A stretch of DNA of 63,257 nucleotides, the filler included, from Perkinsus chesapeaki ATCC PRA-425 (Eukaryota; Protista; Perkinsozoa): the NCBI GenBank assembly GCA_013115145.1. It is 4 parts of 4 records of this genome, joined end to end, with 100 filler letters (N's around TTAATTAATTAA, not from the genome) between each part and the next. Parts side by side here need not be neighbours in the genome. Positions count along the whole stretch, not along the records: positions 33,577 to 61,928 come from JAAPAO010000475.1; 3 more parts are not named here. One strand, written 5' to 3'. Of the stretch, positions 33,577-46,099 are shown one piece after another (the first letter of the stretch is position 1; each line of letters opens with the position of its first letter). Below the pieces are notes generated by a model. The model saw only the letters and a program-made list of their open reading frames with translations. It had not been told where the DNA came from and did no database searches. The translations under genes were made by a program, and so were the position numbers.

Positions 33577-34413
33577 ACTCTCGCTGCGTGAATTGAGGCA
33601 GGTCGGGTATTTGCCTCTTAACTAACCTTGGTTACTTCGTAACCTTCCAATACTGGCAGTCCGGATGTATCCTACTAGAACCCGGAAATACCTCTCAAAA
33701 AATATTGAGGGGTCTCTTCGACGGATTCACTCGGGTAAGGGTATATGAAGGCTTGTCGATGGTGTAGTTAAAGTTCAAGGCCGTATAAAACTAGCTGTCT
33801 TCTCGTGGTTATTCCTCTGAAGCTAGATAACAGAATGGACCGCTGCACTGAGGTCGGTGACCTTGTCCGTTCGCGTAATGGATGCATTATGGCATTGCCA
33901 TACTAATTTCGGCCTGTGATTTCGGATACTGAAACGAGTGATACGGTCATCGTGCCTCTGGCGGCCAGAGTCTGGCCTGCCGACCTGTTGAGCACGTCAC
34001 AGTATGTGGTTGAGTTTACAAACTGTAACAGTCGCAGCTCGGAATTGACCGCCAACTTGGACAAGGGTATCATAACAAGGGATGAGGTAAATGAACAAAA
34101 ATGTCCTTAGAGGATCGGCATTACAAGCGCTCACTCTGGCCAGAAGCGTGATTTTCCCCTGCTCCTTTGCATGGTCGAGTGGCGCCTGGAGCTGGAAAGC
34201 CGCCGCGCCACCTTCACATCAGCTGGCAACCTCCGCAAGAGAACACTGCACAGTCCCTCAGCAGAGGCTTGAATACTTCACTCAGACTGTGTAGCACAGT
34301 CATCGGAAAATCAGCTCCGGAGAATGCTCAGGGAAGGCGATGAGATATGCTATTAACTTAGGTATGCGAGTCCCCTTCAATCAGTTAAGTATTTAGGAAA
34401 ACGTTCGCATCCA

Positions 34414-36095
34414 ATGACCTCGCGCTGTCTAACTGCGGGCATCGTTCTCTTAACTTGTCTATATTCAGACTCAGGCATAGTTCTGGTTGAGGTGAAGTCG
34501 GTGAAGCCCATCTTCGATTATCTCGAGTACACCAAAGGTGTGGCTGTCGACGTTATGGTCCATTTACTACACAGTGTCAGGACTCGTTCACACCCCTGAT
34601 GAAGAAACTGAGCACTTCAGCCGTTTCGAGAAGGAGTTGAACACGCTAAATGCAGCCATCTCACACGATGATATGGTGGAACTCTTCGACGAGACTAGGC
34701 CGGTCGTCATGCAGAGCCTTGTTGATGAGATCAACTCTAAGCAGAGCACATGGACAGCTTCAGTCGACCAGGGCAGATTTAGAGGTATTCTCCATTGTAC
34801 GTATGACACAAAGTTGGTCATGGCATCGCAGGAGTCTCCCTTCGTGATGCTAAAATGTTATGCGGTAGCTTCATGGAAACGAAGAAACATGTCGAAAGGG
34901 AGGATCAGTCACCTAGAGATCTGCAGGCCTAGCCCGAGAGCTTCGATGCCAGGGTCGCTTTCAAGCAATGCAAGAACGTTATCGGGCATATCTGGTACAG
35001 AAGGGGTAGTTTCATGATCAGCTACAACATATCCTTCAGGGACCAGTCACATTGTGGTGACTGCTGGGCATTCGGTACTGTTAACGCTTTCAACGACAGA
35101 GTGTGTATTGCCCTCAACGGGGCAGATCAAACGCTGCTGTCACCCGGTTATATGAGTGCGTGTTGTAATAAGGATCACAATTGTTCGTAAGTAGTGAGCA
35201 CCAACCACCGGTTGTTTAGTCTTTTTCTCTTCGAGGTCGCACGGCTGCGGTGGCGGTTATCCAAGAGATGCATGGAAGTTCCTTCACACTTACGGAAGCG
35301 TGAGAGGTATGCCCCTTCTTTGCATTCCTCTAGCCGGTAGAAAATGAGAACCATACTATTCAGGTGGTGATTACGTGCCAGAGGATGAATGAAAAGAGGA
35401 AGATGGATGCTGGCCGTACGAGTTCGCCAAGTGCGCTCACCACATTAACAGCTCTACATTACCAAGTTGCGGCAATGTGAGGATCAATCCGTGTGGAAGG
35501 GATGGAAGTTCCATCATTTAACCAGTATCTTGTAGGTCAGCTCTCCCACACCACAATGTCTGACCACTTGTCGAAATCCGAAATATCCAATCCCTTTCGA
35601 GAAGTAATAGAAGAGCTGAAGCTCGATGCATTCTTATCACCAAATATTTTCAGGGGCCGCTACTATACGACCAAGTTGGAGCCAGACGCTTTGCGCACGA
35701 ATGAGAGTATCAAGCACGAGATCATGACAAATGGGCCGGTAAACCTCCCGCAGCAAATGAGTCGTTGCCCATTCATTAACCATCGGCTGCTTTGGATTAA
35801 GGCTGGGATACGAATGCCTTTTTGAGATCAGGTGTCTGCTTCTTACTATGTCTATGAGGATTTCTTTGCCTACAAGTCTGGAGTCTACAAACACACCACT
35901 GGCACTCATGGCTATGGGCACGTTGTGAAGATAATTGGTTGGGGCAAAGAAGAGGGTGAGGATTACTGGCTGGTGGTTAATAGTTGGAATGACGGTTGGG
36001 GTGACCATGGCCTGTTCAAGATAGGAATTAACGAGTGTAACATAACGGACAATGTCCTATCGGGTTATCCAAATCTGCCCAGAAAGCAAATCTGA
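34414..36095 (+). CDS. CTSB: Cathepsin B-like cysteine protease (multi-exon, signal peptide)
   Basis: [13 protein letters not shown] (catalytic Cys), [20 protein letters not shown] (occluding loop), [18 protein letters not shown] (His), YWLVVNSWN (Asn). Confidence 0.95.
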
Positions 36096-37135
36096 CATTG
36101 CAGCAGGCTGAACTTATGGCCAGTACGGTCTTATTAAAACTAAGCTTCATCATCATTGGTTGATGACTCGTTTATTTCTACATTGTGAGTCCCTGAACAA
36201 CGACCACGGTCCTATTTCAAGCTTTTTGAAATGCTCGTGGAGTTTTCTCATCGGGGACCTGACTCACAATTCTTAAGACAGAGTCGTTGAGTTAGCACTG
36301 CGAGTTGTAAATGATATTTTATTATCTGACATTGTCAGACTGACAACAACGTTGTCACAACATTAATGTGTCATTATAGAATGATAATGCTATGTACAAT
36401 CGATGATTATAACCATATACCGTACAATGATCCTCTTTGTGAGAGAATAGCTAGAACCCTATAAATTTGAAGCCACTGCGACTACTTCTAAACTCATTAT
36501 TAAGTATACTATGAATATTGTTGTACGCCAGAGTTATGTTCTAGCGCAGAGCTTAAATGACGCACAATAAAGGGCCACTAAAAGCAACTAAGTCATCTAC
36601 ATAACTTACTTAGCTATGTAACAACTTGAAGAAAAGATAAGAATACCTTGTAGGTCCCCAGCCTTGACGTCAATATGCCTGAATACAATAAAGGACGGTC
36701 ATTATACGCTGATCCTTATGAATGATTGATAACCTCATAACGTCCTCATTACGATGGCCGTAGATTTCGCATGTATGACATGATCCGCATTTATGCCAAT
36801 GTCTGCTCCACTCCGCACTCTAGCATCGATTACAGGTTGAGTGCTTTTATTCAGTCCGTTGTAAAAGCTTGGGAAAAGGGCGTGGATTGGGTTGGGAAAT
36901 TACCCAAAAGCTGATCAATAGGTATAACCCGGTATGAAAGAATGCGTCTGCTACAGATTCACTTAAAGACAGGGAGGGCGCGGCTACTTCAGAAGTTGTA
37001 CTCCTGGTTGGCGCCACGCTCCACATAAAGGCATCCATGGCCAGAGCAACGAACGCGCGAACTGAAATACCTTGTATGCCGTAACGTCTCTCGTAGAATG
37101 ACTTCGTAGTGATTCGAAGTATTCATATCTTCACC

Positions 37136-37351
37136 ATGCTCTTCATCTCCTCCTTCTCTTACCTGCTTCTTGTCGTTTATTTGCTGGTAGGCGACGGGCA
37201 GTATGCTTTTGGTATGAACGACCCTCACCCTGCATGCCAACTCGATTTTTGCCAAGGTGTATGTGAAGCTCCAGAATGCAAGTGTTACCCATTTTCTCCC
37301 GAAGTATGTATGTGTGGCTGTAGTGTCTCGGCCTCCACGTTGGTCATCTAG
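37136..37351 (+). CDS. Small secreted Cys-rich peptide
   Basis: Hydrophobic N-terminus MLFISSFSYLLLVVYLLVG, then 8 Cys in about 30 aa (CQLDFCQGVCEAPECKCYPFSPEVCMCGC). Confidence 0.6.
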   Translation: MLFISSFSYLLLVVYLLVGDGQYAFGMNDPHPACQLDFCQGVCEAPECKCYPFSPEVCMCGCSVSASTLVI

Positions 37352-38178
37352 GGCTTGTCCGCTCGTAATGGCGAGCCCGCTGATGTATGGGCTGGCGTTG
37401 TTGTGGAGCTCTTTGTTATGATGCGTTATCATCATTGATAGCAATGTTATCCTCTGGCCATGTATCGGCGGTACTATTTCCTTTCGCTCCATGCGGGGCA
37501 GACGGCATCACGGCTGGAACTGAGGCTAGTCGCATCAGGAGAATTGGCTGTTGTTTCCTTAGAAGTCGTTTCATCATTTCACCACTCGGTAATTGCGCAC
37601 GTCAACTGCCTGTCGGCTGATGCGGTTTATAGGAGAAGGACGCACAGATCATTGACGCGCGCGCAGGTTCAAATTGGTCGTTAGGTAGTCAGAAGACTTT
37701 TACAAGGCTCCTCAAGCAGTATAGAACCGTCCGAATCACAACTGTTTGAATCTTTGCTGTTTGGAAGCCTTCTCGTATAAGTGAGACCGATATGCAGGTT
37801 ACAGTGCATCCGCTAGTTTTGTATCGTGATTGACTTAGCTAGCTTAGAACGCAGTAAAGGAACCAAATGCGATGGGTGGTAAGCTTGAAGCTTTCGACTG
37901 AGGTCTAACGCACGGGTAAAGGTGGTATTTGTGACCCAATCTTCTGGACGTTAGCTCCTGGCGAAGACTAAGAGATTGTTACCACATTATGAATGTGATA
38001 TTTGCACTTTTACAGCCTTACAGGAGATGTTTCTTCTGCAAATTTGAGATCCGGGGTCTCAGGCCCGTAATGATCCCGCCAGCGATCTTGTACTCCTTGT
38101 TACAAAGACCTTGTGCTGGGCACCCGCCCCGTACAAACCTCTACTACTTTCACCATCGCGCTCAATGAACCGTGGTGT

Positions 38179-38221
38179 ACTGATGTACCATAGGCACAGC
38201 CAATGCCTATGGTACATCAGT
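38179..38221. repeat. Perfect 18-bp inverted repeat with 7-nt loop
   Basis: ACTGATGTACCATAGGCA-cagccaa-TGCCTATGGTACATCAGT. Confidence 0.95.
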
Positions 38222-39818
38222 GAACAACAATCCGTACGATCTTCTTTCAAGAACTGATGATGAGCTCCTCGACAACGAAGGCGAACGTTGTTTGGTTGGA
38301 TCATCTAGTTGGTGTTGGAGTCAGCACTGGTTCATCCCTTGGGAAGACTGGTGGAAAAGTGGTCAAGAATGTGCTTGAACTAACCGCGTAACTCTTGTGT
38401 CTCTTCATGAGAAAAACCTCAATGTAGACTCTATATTGTAGAGGCCCCTATACCTCTGACTGACCCTCTCAAAGTCACTGTAATTCGCACCCCACGTCGT
38501 AGGCCCTAAGAGACCGCGCCCTTCACTATCAGTGTCCCCGTTCAAGACTCTTGAACAAGGACACTGATCAATTATTGATCTTGCAATTACTGACAGGATC
38601 TCTCTTGAATCAAGAGCGTTAGTACAGGGTAATGAGTACACGGTGTACTGTACACGGTGGTCGGCCTGTGAGTCACTGGCTGTGACTCCCCTTCTATGCG
38701 TAGTCCATGCGCAAGCTGCATATTTGACAGTATCAGATACAACTTCGCAAAGAATTCCTTCGATTATACTCGTTACAGAGGAGGCTTCTGCCTAGAAAGG
38801 CTGTCGGCTAGAGGCGAATGATGAGGTTCGTGAACGACCCGTCAGGCGCCCAACCGGTTGGAAATCAACCGAGGGGCGGACCCCCCCCCCGACGGATGAA
38901 TCAACCGGCCATTTGCGGATTTCGCATTTCAAAGGAGAACAAGGCACGAGTTGTTGAGAAAAACAACTCATCTGAAACGATGTCTTATATTGTACAGAGA
39001 GAGGTGGGATTATCGTGGCGCAAGATCTGTTCGTGCTGATCATTCTATACGGCATTTGTCATCGGCTGTCTGCACCGTATGCTCTAGAGTCTCTCACATT
39101 GCCGGTGGATCCTCTCGCGAATCATTACCAGCATTACAGGCTGTAATTTACAGTACACTATTGGAAAGCGAGGAGGACTGTGAGTTAACCCCGGGAGACG
39201 AGGGGAGCCCGCAAGGAGACCATTTCATAGTAGCTTGACCTGGTAAAGTTAGCCAATGTTTAAAAAACGCGATGTGTTACACATCATGCGTAAAACTTCT
39301 CTATTAGAATAGGTTTAAAAGCATGTGCTGTTGCGCTTGCGTGCAAACTCTGGCGCACTCTGCGCCGCTGACAATCATGGACTATAAGCGCTTGTCGTGA
39401 ATCGCCTGCTTGTGATTCTGGGCTGAGATTTCTCAGAACAACTTCCTTCTACAAGAGCTACTTCTTCGGCCCATCAACTGTGAAGAGTATGAAGAAAGTT
39501 TAACTGTGGTTTTTGAATGAGTCGCGCTTTATAAGCGCCCGAGGGCTCCCTGCATGCACTGTGTGGGCGTTCTCTGTCGGCCATCCCTCCCACTCGAGCG
39601 CGCAGAGACCTCACGGCCTCGTCCAGATGTCTTCGCAATGCGAGAAGCCAGCCATCTGGTAACTGTGGCAGGCCAATCTTTCGGAGGCAACCTTTGAGGA
39701 AAGTAACCTGCTTCAGCAGATTATGCTCCGCCGGAGCGAAGTAGAGCCATATATACTATTAGCTAATTCTCTCTCTTTCGTTACGAAGTGCTAGAAGAGC
39801 TCCCTTATTGAACTATCA

Positions 39819-40019
39819 ATGATCGCAGCTCGTCTGGCTTGTATGCTACTATTCATCGCCTTCGTGGCTTTTGGAGCACAGCAGTGCAACAAGGGTAGCG
39901 AGTGCCCGAGTGGTCAGTCGTGCTATTGTAGAGAAGGCGGCAAATGCTCTAACACCTCCAGACTCCGTATGTTATTCTTCACTTCTGGGTGCACGTGCAA
40001 AGATGGTGTATGCGCCTAA
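39819..40019 (+). CDS. Small secreted Cys-rich peptide (66 aa)
   Basis: Signal-like MIAARLACMLLFIAFVAFGA, then a mature part with 8 Cys ending CTCKDGVCA*. Confidence 0.65.
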   Translation: MIAARLACMLLFIAFVAFGAQQCNKGSECPSGQSCYCREGGKCSNTSRLRMLFFTSGCTCKDGVCA

Positions 40020-40736
40020 TGTATTCTTCGTTGCTGATGTCCATCGACCGTACACGACTCTACTAGCAACCCTAAGTACCAAGTTGAGACTACCATCTAT
40101 TTCATGGTATATTCTTGTATAAGTCACCGAACAGTTTGTAGCGCTCCGTGTGTCTCAGCACGTACGGGCTTCAGGTGATCTGGTTTTCGGGCTACGCAGC
40201 CCATTTTGAGAAGCGTGAGAACAGCCAGGCAGCCTAATCCTTCGTCAATTTCGATTGCTCGCTTGTTGCCTTCTCATTGGTCATTCTCAGTGGTCCTTCT
40301 TCGATTGCTGAAAATCGAAGCCTTCGCAGCTGCGAGCTTTACTATGAATTGTGCAGTGTACGATTAGACGATGACGCTTATTGGCTTGAACAGTTCGAGC
40401 CAATAAGCTTCATCGTGAAAAGTTTTCGAGCTGCTTGCGAAACCCACGCGTCCCTGCTGGGAAACAGCTCGACGCTGGACTCCAGGGCCTGGGGATCAAT
40501 TAGCGACTTCAGTGACAACATTTCAACGTCGGGAGCCGAATTCTAGATTTCTGCTGCTATTAGCTTGAACTACTTGGATTGTGTGGAGTGTCCCCTCGTA
40601 GGAAGGCCGCAACAAAGTTAGTCCGGGAGTGCGTAGAAGTATGAAACCGCGAGGATATGATACAGTGTTTTAAGTCAGCGGCAATTCTTATAGGACTAAG
40701 TAGCAGATCGAGCCGATGTCATTCCAAATCTAAAAG

Positions 40737-43000
40737 TTAGATTTGGTTTAAGATGCCGGGGAACATCTTCACGAATCCTGGAGGAAGGTCGACGGGCCTT
40801 AACTGACCTTCACTGTTTGGGTTGACAGCCCCAAAGCGCTCACTCGCTTCTGTTAATCGTCCTCGAGGCAGCTGAGACCAAGTTGTCCCTCCATTAATGC
40901 ATGGCGGTCGACTGCAGGGCCCCGGCACCAGTCGAGTCAATTAAATTGACTAACACAATATTAAATTCTCAGTATAGACGGTATTTAGAGCTCGTCGAAT
41001 GATCTTTTTATATCATCTTACTTGTTATCTCCACCCCTTTTCGCCGGGCAGTCTTCATCGGCCTGAAAACCAATTCTTCCGAGTACCCCAGATTTAGCTG
41101 AAGCCCACCTGTTCGGTAATTCTTCGAAGCTTCTGCATCCTCATAGCTCGCCCGAGACCTCGATCGTTCGCCACTGTGACGGTGTAATCGTTTCCTTGAT
41201 TCAGATGACATGGATCTATCTCCACTTGAGCTACGGGAATATTCACGATGACTCCTTCTACGACTGCGAGAACGAGACCTGAAAATAACACATGGCTTCA
41301 TCCTGATAATGTATCAAAGAACCGATGCCCAAGGTGGGAAGAAATGAAAAGAACAATATCGGCTGATGCTACAATTTTGTGAATAACACCCATGCCGAGT
41401 GTTCTGGGGAATGAAAAAGCCTTAGAAGACCATCTAGAATTATCCACTTTATTGCCAAAGGAATCCTCGCTTCGCCAGTCAGTCGACTTCCAGTCTTACT
41501 AGGTCCAGCACTTTAGTAGTTGACCAACTTCACTTGACTTGAGAAGTTGATATAATAAAAGAACTTCGAGACATTATATTACATCCTTAGTGGACAAGTT
41601 CGAAAAATTCACCCCATCCGTTTCAGAGCTACATTGTCGTTCAAAGATATGCTTCCCGCACCAGTAGCCCGTGCCGTCGCTCACCTTTCGCGCTTCGATT
41701 TCTTGTCTCGTCGATGGCCATGGCGGTGATGTCGGCGTTCGGCCTCGTCTTCACTGGAGATGCTGCTCTCGCTGCCACTGTCATGATCCTCACTAGAATC
41801 GTCCCGCTGCAGGCTTCTCTTTTTATGGCTCTTGTGGTGGTGGTGATGCTTCTTGTGATGCTTTTTCTGACAACAAGTTCTGACCTTGTTTTTGCTGCCG
41901 GGAATGGAAACGATAAAAAAACGGAAATGCCTGCACGTTGGATTGTTCGACCAGGTTTTGAACTAGTGGTCGATTCCCGCAGCACCGAGTAAAAGGCGTC
42001 CTGAAGATTACGTGAGGAGACGTCACAGGTGCTCGAGAGAGCAGAACAGAGATAAAAAAGCTGCTGAGAGAAGTCCCCCCTTTCTTGGTAGGGAGTTCTA
42101 GGAATTCCCCAAGAAAGATGGCAAGGCAAGGAAAAAATGATTATCGTAATTTCGATGCGAGTAGAGGATGAGCAGAAAGTTCCTACTCATCAGCTGCAGT
42201 GTCTTTGGTAATACTGAACGGTACCTCCTTTTTCCTTTTCTTCTGCATCTCAAGCGCATCACCCTCTGGCTCCATCAAAGTAGATTCTCTCTTCTCTGCA
42301 TCAAGGATACGCCTGAGAAAGGTAATGGCTTCGCCGCATAGCCGTTTCCAAACCGGCTACTTTTGCCGCTCAAGTTGCCTCCCGATCACTTGGTCATACA
42401 TCTTCTTCATCGTTGCCTCTGAAAGAGCAGATAGAGATGTCATCGACAACGCAGCTAGTGAATTTCGCAATTTCCAAAAATACGGTAGCCTGTTTATTAC
42501 AATATGACAAATGCACAGGCTGCTTCCCAGAGCTGGGACCTTACACGACAACCCCTCTCCATTACGCAGTCCTTGTTCATTTGCACATATATAGTATATA
42601 AGTATATGTCGATACATTATATTTAGTGTATAAGTATATGTTGGTCATTACGTAAATTTGACAATTGTATCAAGCAAGAGAACCTAGAGGGTTCTACAGT
42701 ATAACCAGCAACACAGAAACGCACGCACAGTATCAAAAGTATCGATTATGCCAGATGATAAACGAATGTACTAAAGCATCACTTGAAAACGGTCGAGCAC
42801 CTTACCTGCATTTATTGGAGCTAATCCTGCCTTCTCCATCTCCCTCTTCCTGTACATACTTCCCCATGCTCCACTGCGAAGACCTGCCTTACAACAGCAA
42901 CGTCCTGCTATGGCTTATCACAAATCATCCCTTACCAATGAGGTTGCCCTCAACATCCATTGGCGGCGCATTGCCACTCATTCGGACAGGTCACGGCAAG
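40737..43000 (-). CDS. Multi-exon RS/His/Lys-rich hypothetical nuclear protein
   Basis: Exons ATMKKMYDQVIGRQLERQK|RILDAEKRE...KKRKKE|KKHHKKHHHHHKSHKKRS...DKKSKRE|SRSRSRRRSHREYSRSSS joined by GT-AG introns. Ends approximate. Confidence 0.5.
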
Positions 43001-43057
43001 ATGCAATCCCCTGAAGCCGGTAATCAGCGATAAAAGACAACACAACAGCCGAAAGCG

Positions 43058-45594
43058 TCAAGAAGCTCCCATTAGAAATTCACTAAGGGAAATTGTGGCA
43101 TCTTCTTCAGCCCACTCACACGCCATTCGAGATCGATGCAATGTTAGCAGCTGATCAGTAGAAAGCAGTTGAGGCGGCCGACTCTGAAAGATACATTGTG
43201 CACGCATCAACCTAAGATATGCACTCACTCGTGTTCGACCATCACTTTTCGTCACTGGACGTTCGCTAGGCCGCCGAAATCCACAAGTCACCAGAAATGT
43301 TCGCAAGTACGGTGCCACAGACGGAGACGTCCATAGGTGCCCATGCCCCCCAAAAGGCGGGAACACTGCCACCACCTAAGAACAAATCGATCACCATGGC
43401 GCGCGCTTTTTACAATACCTTATCGGAAGGTGCTCCACTGTTAGCGGCGACTCGCATCCCGTGGGAAACAGATATTATCATGTCATCTCTCGGATGGAGA
43501 ACCATGACTGGTATCGGGCACTCCGACACGAGACGTATTACGTCCCAAGATACAACCTAGCAAAATGCATGACCCCTTCTGGAGACCCAAAGGGGGGATC
43601 CGCAAAGTTTGGGAGGTATAGGAGAATACGGTATGAAAGTGCTCACTTGTTTTGGAGGCACTGCCAACTTGTCAAGCATGCAGAAGTTCTTGGCACATCC
43701 CAAATTCTCTTCCACGAATTCTGTGGCGAGTGACGACAGTTTCGTGTACGGGCTGAAAAGAAGATAGATGCATCTCGCATTTCGATGTTCTGTCCTAGGC
43801 GTGCAGAGCAGTTGCTGCAAGGCCGGACATCAGAAACACAGTATACTGTATTTCGCATGACTTTCAGTAGTTTCGCAGGTATAGCAGTTTAAGAATCAGA
43901 TGCATATGTCTAGAAAGCTCATTAAATGACATGCCTTACGAATTTGGCACAGCAATATTCTGCGCAAAACGGTTTCATAGTTATACGGGTCGCGAAACGA
44001 TTGATCGATTTGAACAATAAGATAGACTACTACTTGCTTTGGTTATTATATTCAGCTTGTCTCCTTCAAAAACTCGTTAACTTAAGTGGAATATTCGAAA
44101 TTATGTTACTTGCCTATCAAACTGATACTTACAGTAGTTGCTCCTACGGTAGATCCTCCAGAAAAGAGGAAGTGTTGCGCAGTTGAACCAAGTGTTAACG
44201 TTGACCCGAAATGGAATTGGGTACAGCTTGTGAATGCTTTGGAGTAACTCATCACATGAAAGCATCGATACGAAATCTAGACTCTTTGCCTGGACGAAAG
44301 GGTGAACCCGATCCAGGCAAAGAGCGGTTCACGCGAAGGCATTTCCGCGTTTGTTCGAACGTTATACAGCAAAAAGTTCAGCGAAGCGCAAGGTTTTCGA
44401 CTGTATAACTCACAACCCGATAAAATACGGTATACTCTATTTCGTCGTTGTGTCAAGCTGTATACATGACGATGAATAGTGCAAAGTAGAACTCACCTTT
44501 GCAAGAAGAGACCGGCAACTTTGATGAAATGCCGATGCCATAGCCGGTGGACGAGACTGGCGGCTACACCAGTACCAATAGAAAAACCACCAACAATTAT
44601 TCTTTCCGGTGGGAAAGATAACTCATTAACCAAGAACCTGAGTAACTGTGTATCTTGCGAGCTTTAACCTAGGATTCTCACCAAAAAGAGGCGTCAGCTA
44701 CAGCATTTATAGAGTCAACTCCGATGGACATTCGACCGTGCGGGTTGGGAGTCAGCCCATATCCTGGGTAGTCGACTGCGAGAATCTGAGAGTATTACTG
44801 ATAGAAAGATACCAAGTCGATATAATTATAAAAGATATACATCGCTTTTACCGCTGCGCCGCGAAATTCAAACCACGAAATATTATCTACCTCTGCAACC
44901 AAGGTGTCACGAGTGAACATCAGCTGCGACACCTTCATCTTTCACCAAAGCCGTATTTTACAATTCATCCAGCGTCTACTATTATCTCGTCACATTGGAA
45001 AGGACCGTTGACCAATGGCCATAAAAGAACAAATCTCCAGGAGCTAAGATGCATTCCGTCAAGATCCTACGTTACATGCATTCCACCCCCTTCAAGCTAA
45101 GATACGTTACATGCATTCCACCCCCTTCAAGCTAAGATACGTTACATGCATTCCACCCCACCCTTCAAGCTAAGATACGTTATATGCATTCCACCCCACC
45201 CTTCAAGCTAAGATACGTTATATGCATTCCACCCCACCCTTCAAGCTAAGATACTTTACATGCATTCCACCCCCTTCAAGCTAAGATACGTTACATGCAT
45301 TCCAAAGACATTAGCCATTCGCTGTAGCATATCCGACAACTGTTGTCCAACCGTTTCAAAGTTGCCGTGGAAGTACAGCAACACCGGGACGCTATCGCTA
45401 GAGGTACCGTTTCGCGTCGCGAAGAACATACCAGCGCAGAACCTAGGAAAAGCAAGCACCATTTCGGAGGACTCGTATATGCTTTGCATGATCGAGTCGA
45501 CATATCTCTCGCGACTACTAACATAATTAACTGCGCTATTATATATCATGACTTCTGCATCGAGCTCAAGTGACACTGACGCAGCATTCACCAT
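43058..45594 (-). CDS. Alpha/beta hydrolase, ABHD17/BEM46-like (multi-exon)
   Basis: LLYFHGNFE, FGMH|ILAVDYPGYG, IIVGGFSIGTG (GxSxG), PVMVLHPRDD (Asp), GGHGHL (His). Confidence 0.85.
45068..45303. repeat. 35/38-nt tandem repeat (about 7 units) that duplicates an exon-intron junction
   Basis: TACGTTACATGCATTCCACCCCCTTCAAGCTAAGA units. On the minus strand each contains GGAATGCAT|GTAACG. Confidence 0.92.
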
Positions 45595-46012
45595 CTCGGG
45601 ACAATTATTATAATTACAATTACAATTATACATTATTATTACAATTATTATTTACCTCACAAGCTTATGACGCTCTCAGTCCTCCGGCTGATTGAATGCT
45701 AGGATCATATTATAAATTCGACACGAGTTATGGAACCGAATCTTAGCTTCAAGATAGGTTTATCGAACGACCCCAGTACAAGTGCTACTTCATGAAATCG
45801 TTGATTGAAACTCTAAGCAGATTGTCGAGGATATCAATTTCAATTCACAAGCACATTTGCGGTGTTATTGAATTTTTATCAAGCGTGCGTTTCTCGAGTC
45901 ACGAGATCCTCAGTCAACTTCTTAAAAAATCAATAAACTAAAATCCTTTGCCACTAGGGGCCTTCTCGGAGAAGGGACGGAGCTTGGCGAATCGCCAGTG
46001 AATCTGTCGGAT

Positions 46013-46046
46013 GGTCGCGAGTTCGATCCCCGGGCCTGCCATTTTT
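46013..46046 (+). promoter_or_regulatory. tRNA 3'-half-like B-box element 3
   Basis: GGTCGCGAG-TTCGATC-CCCGG-GCCTGCC-A-TTTTT. No 5' half. Confidence 0.55.
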
Positions 46047-46099
46047 CTGTAGACAATATTCTTTTACTCTGAAAGCTTCAAGATATTAAGTGAAGTGAG

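Noticed and set aside
34040-34330. Non-LTR RT-like ITRDEV... segment
   Set aside because: No further RT motifs and the frame is interrupted.
45068-45303. CRISPR-like array (also 52701-52872 and 14030-14294)
   Set aside because: Head-to-tail units with no unique spacers, eukaryotic context and no cas genes: minisatellites.
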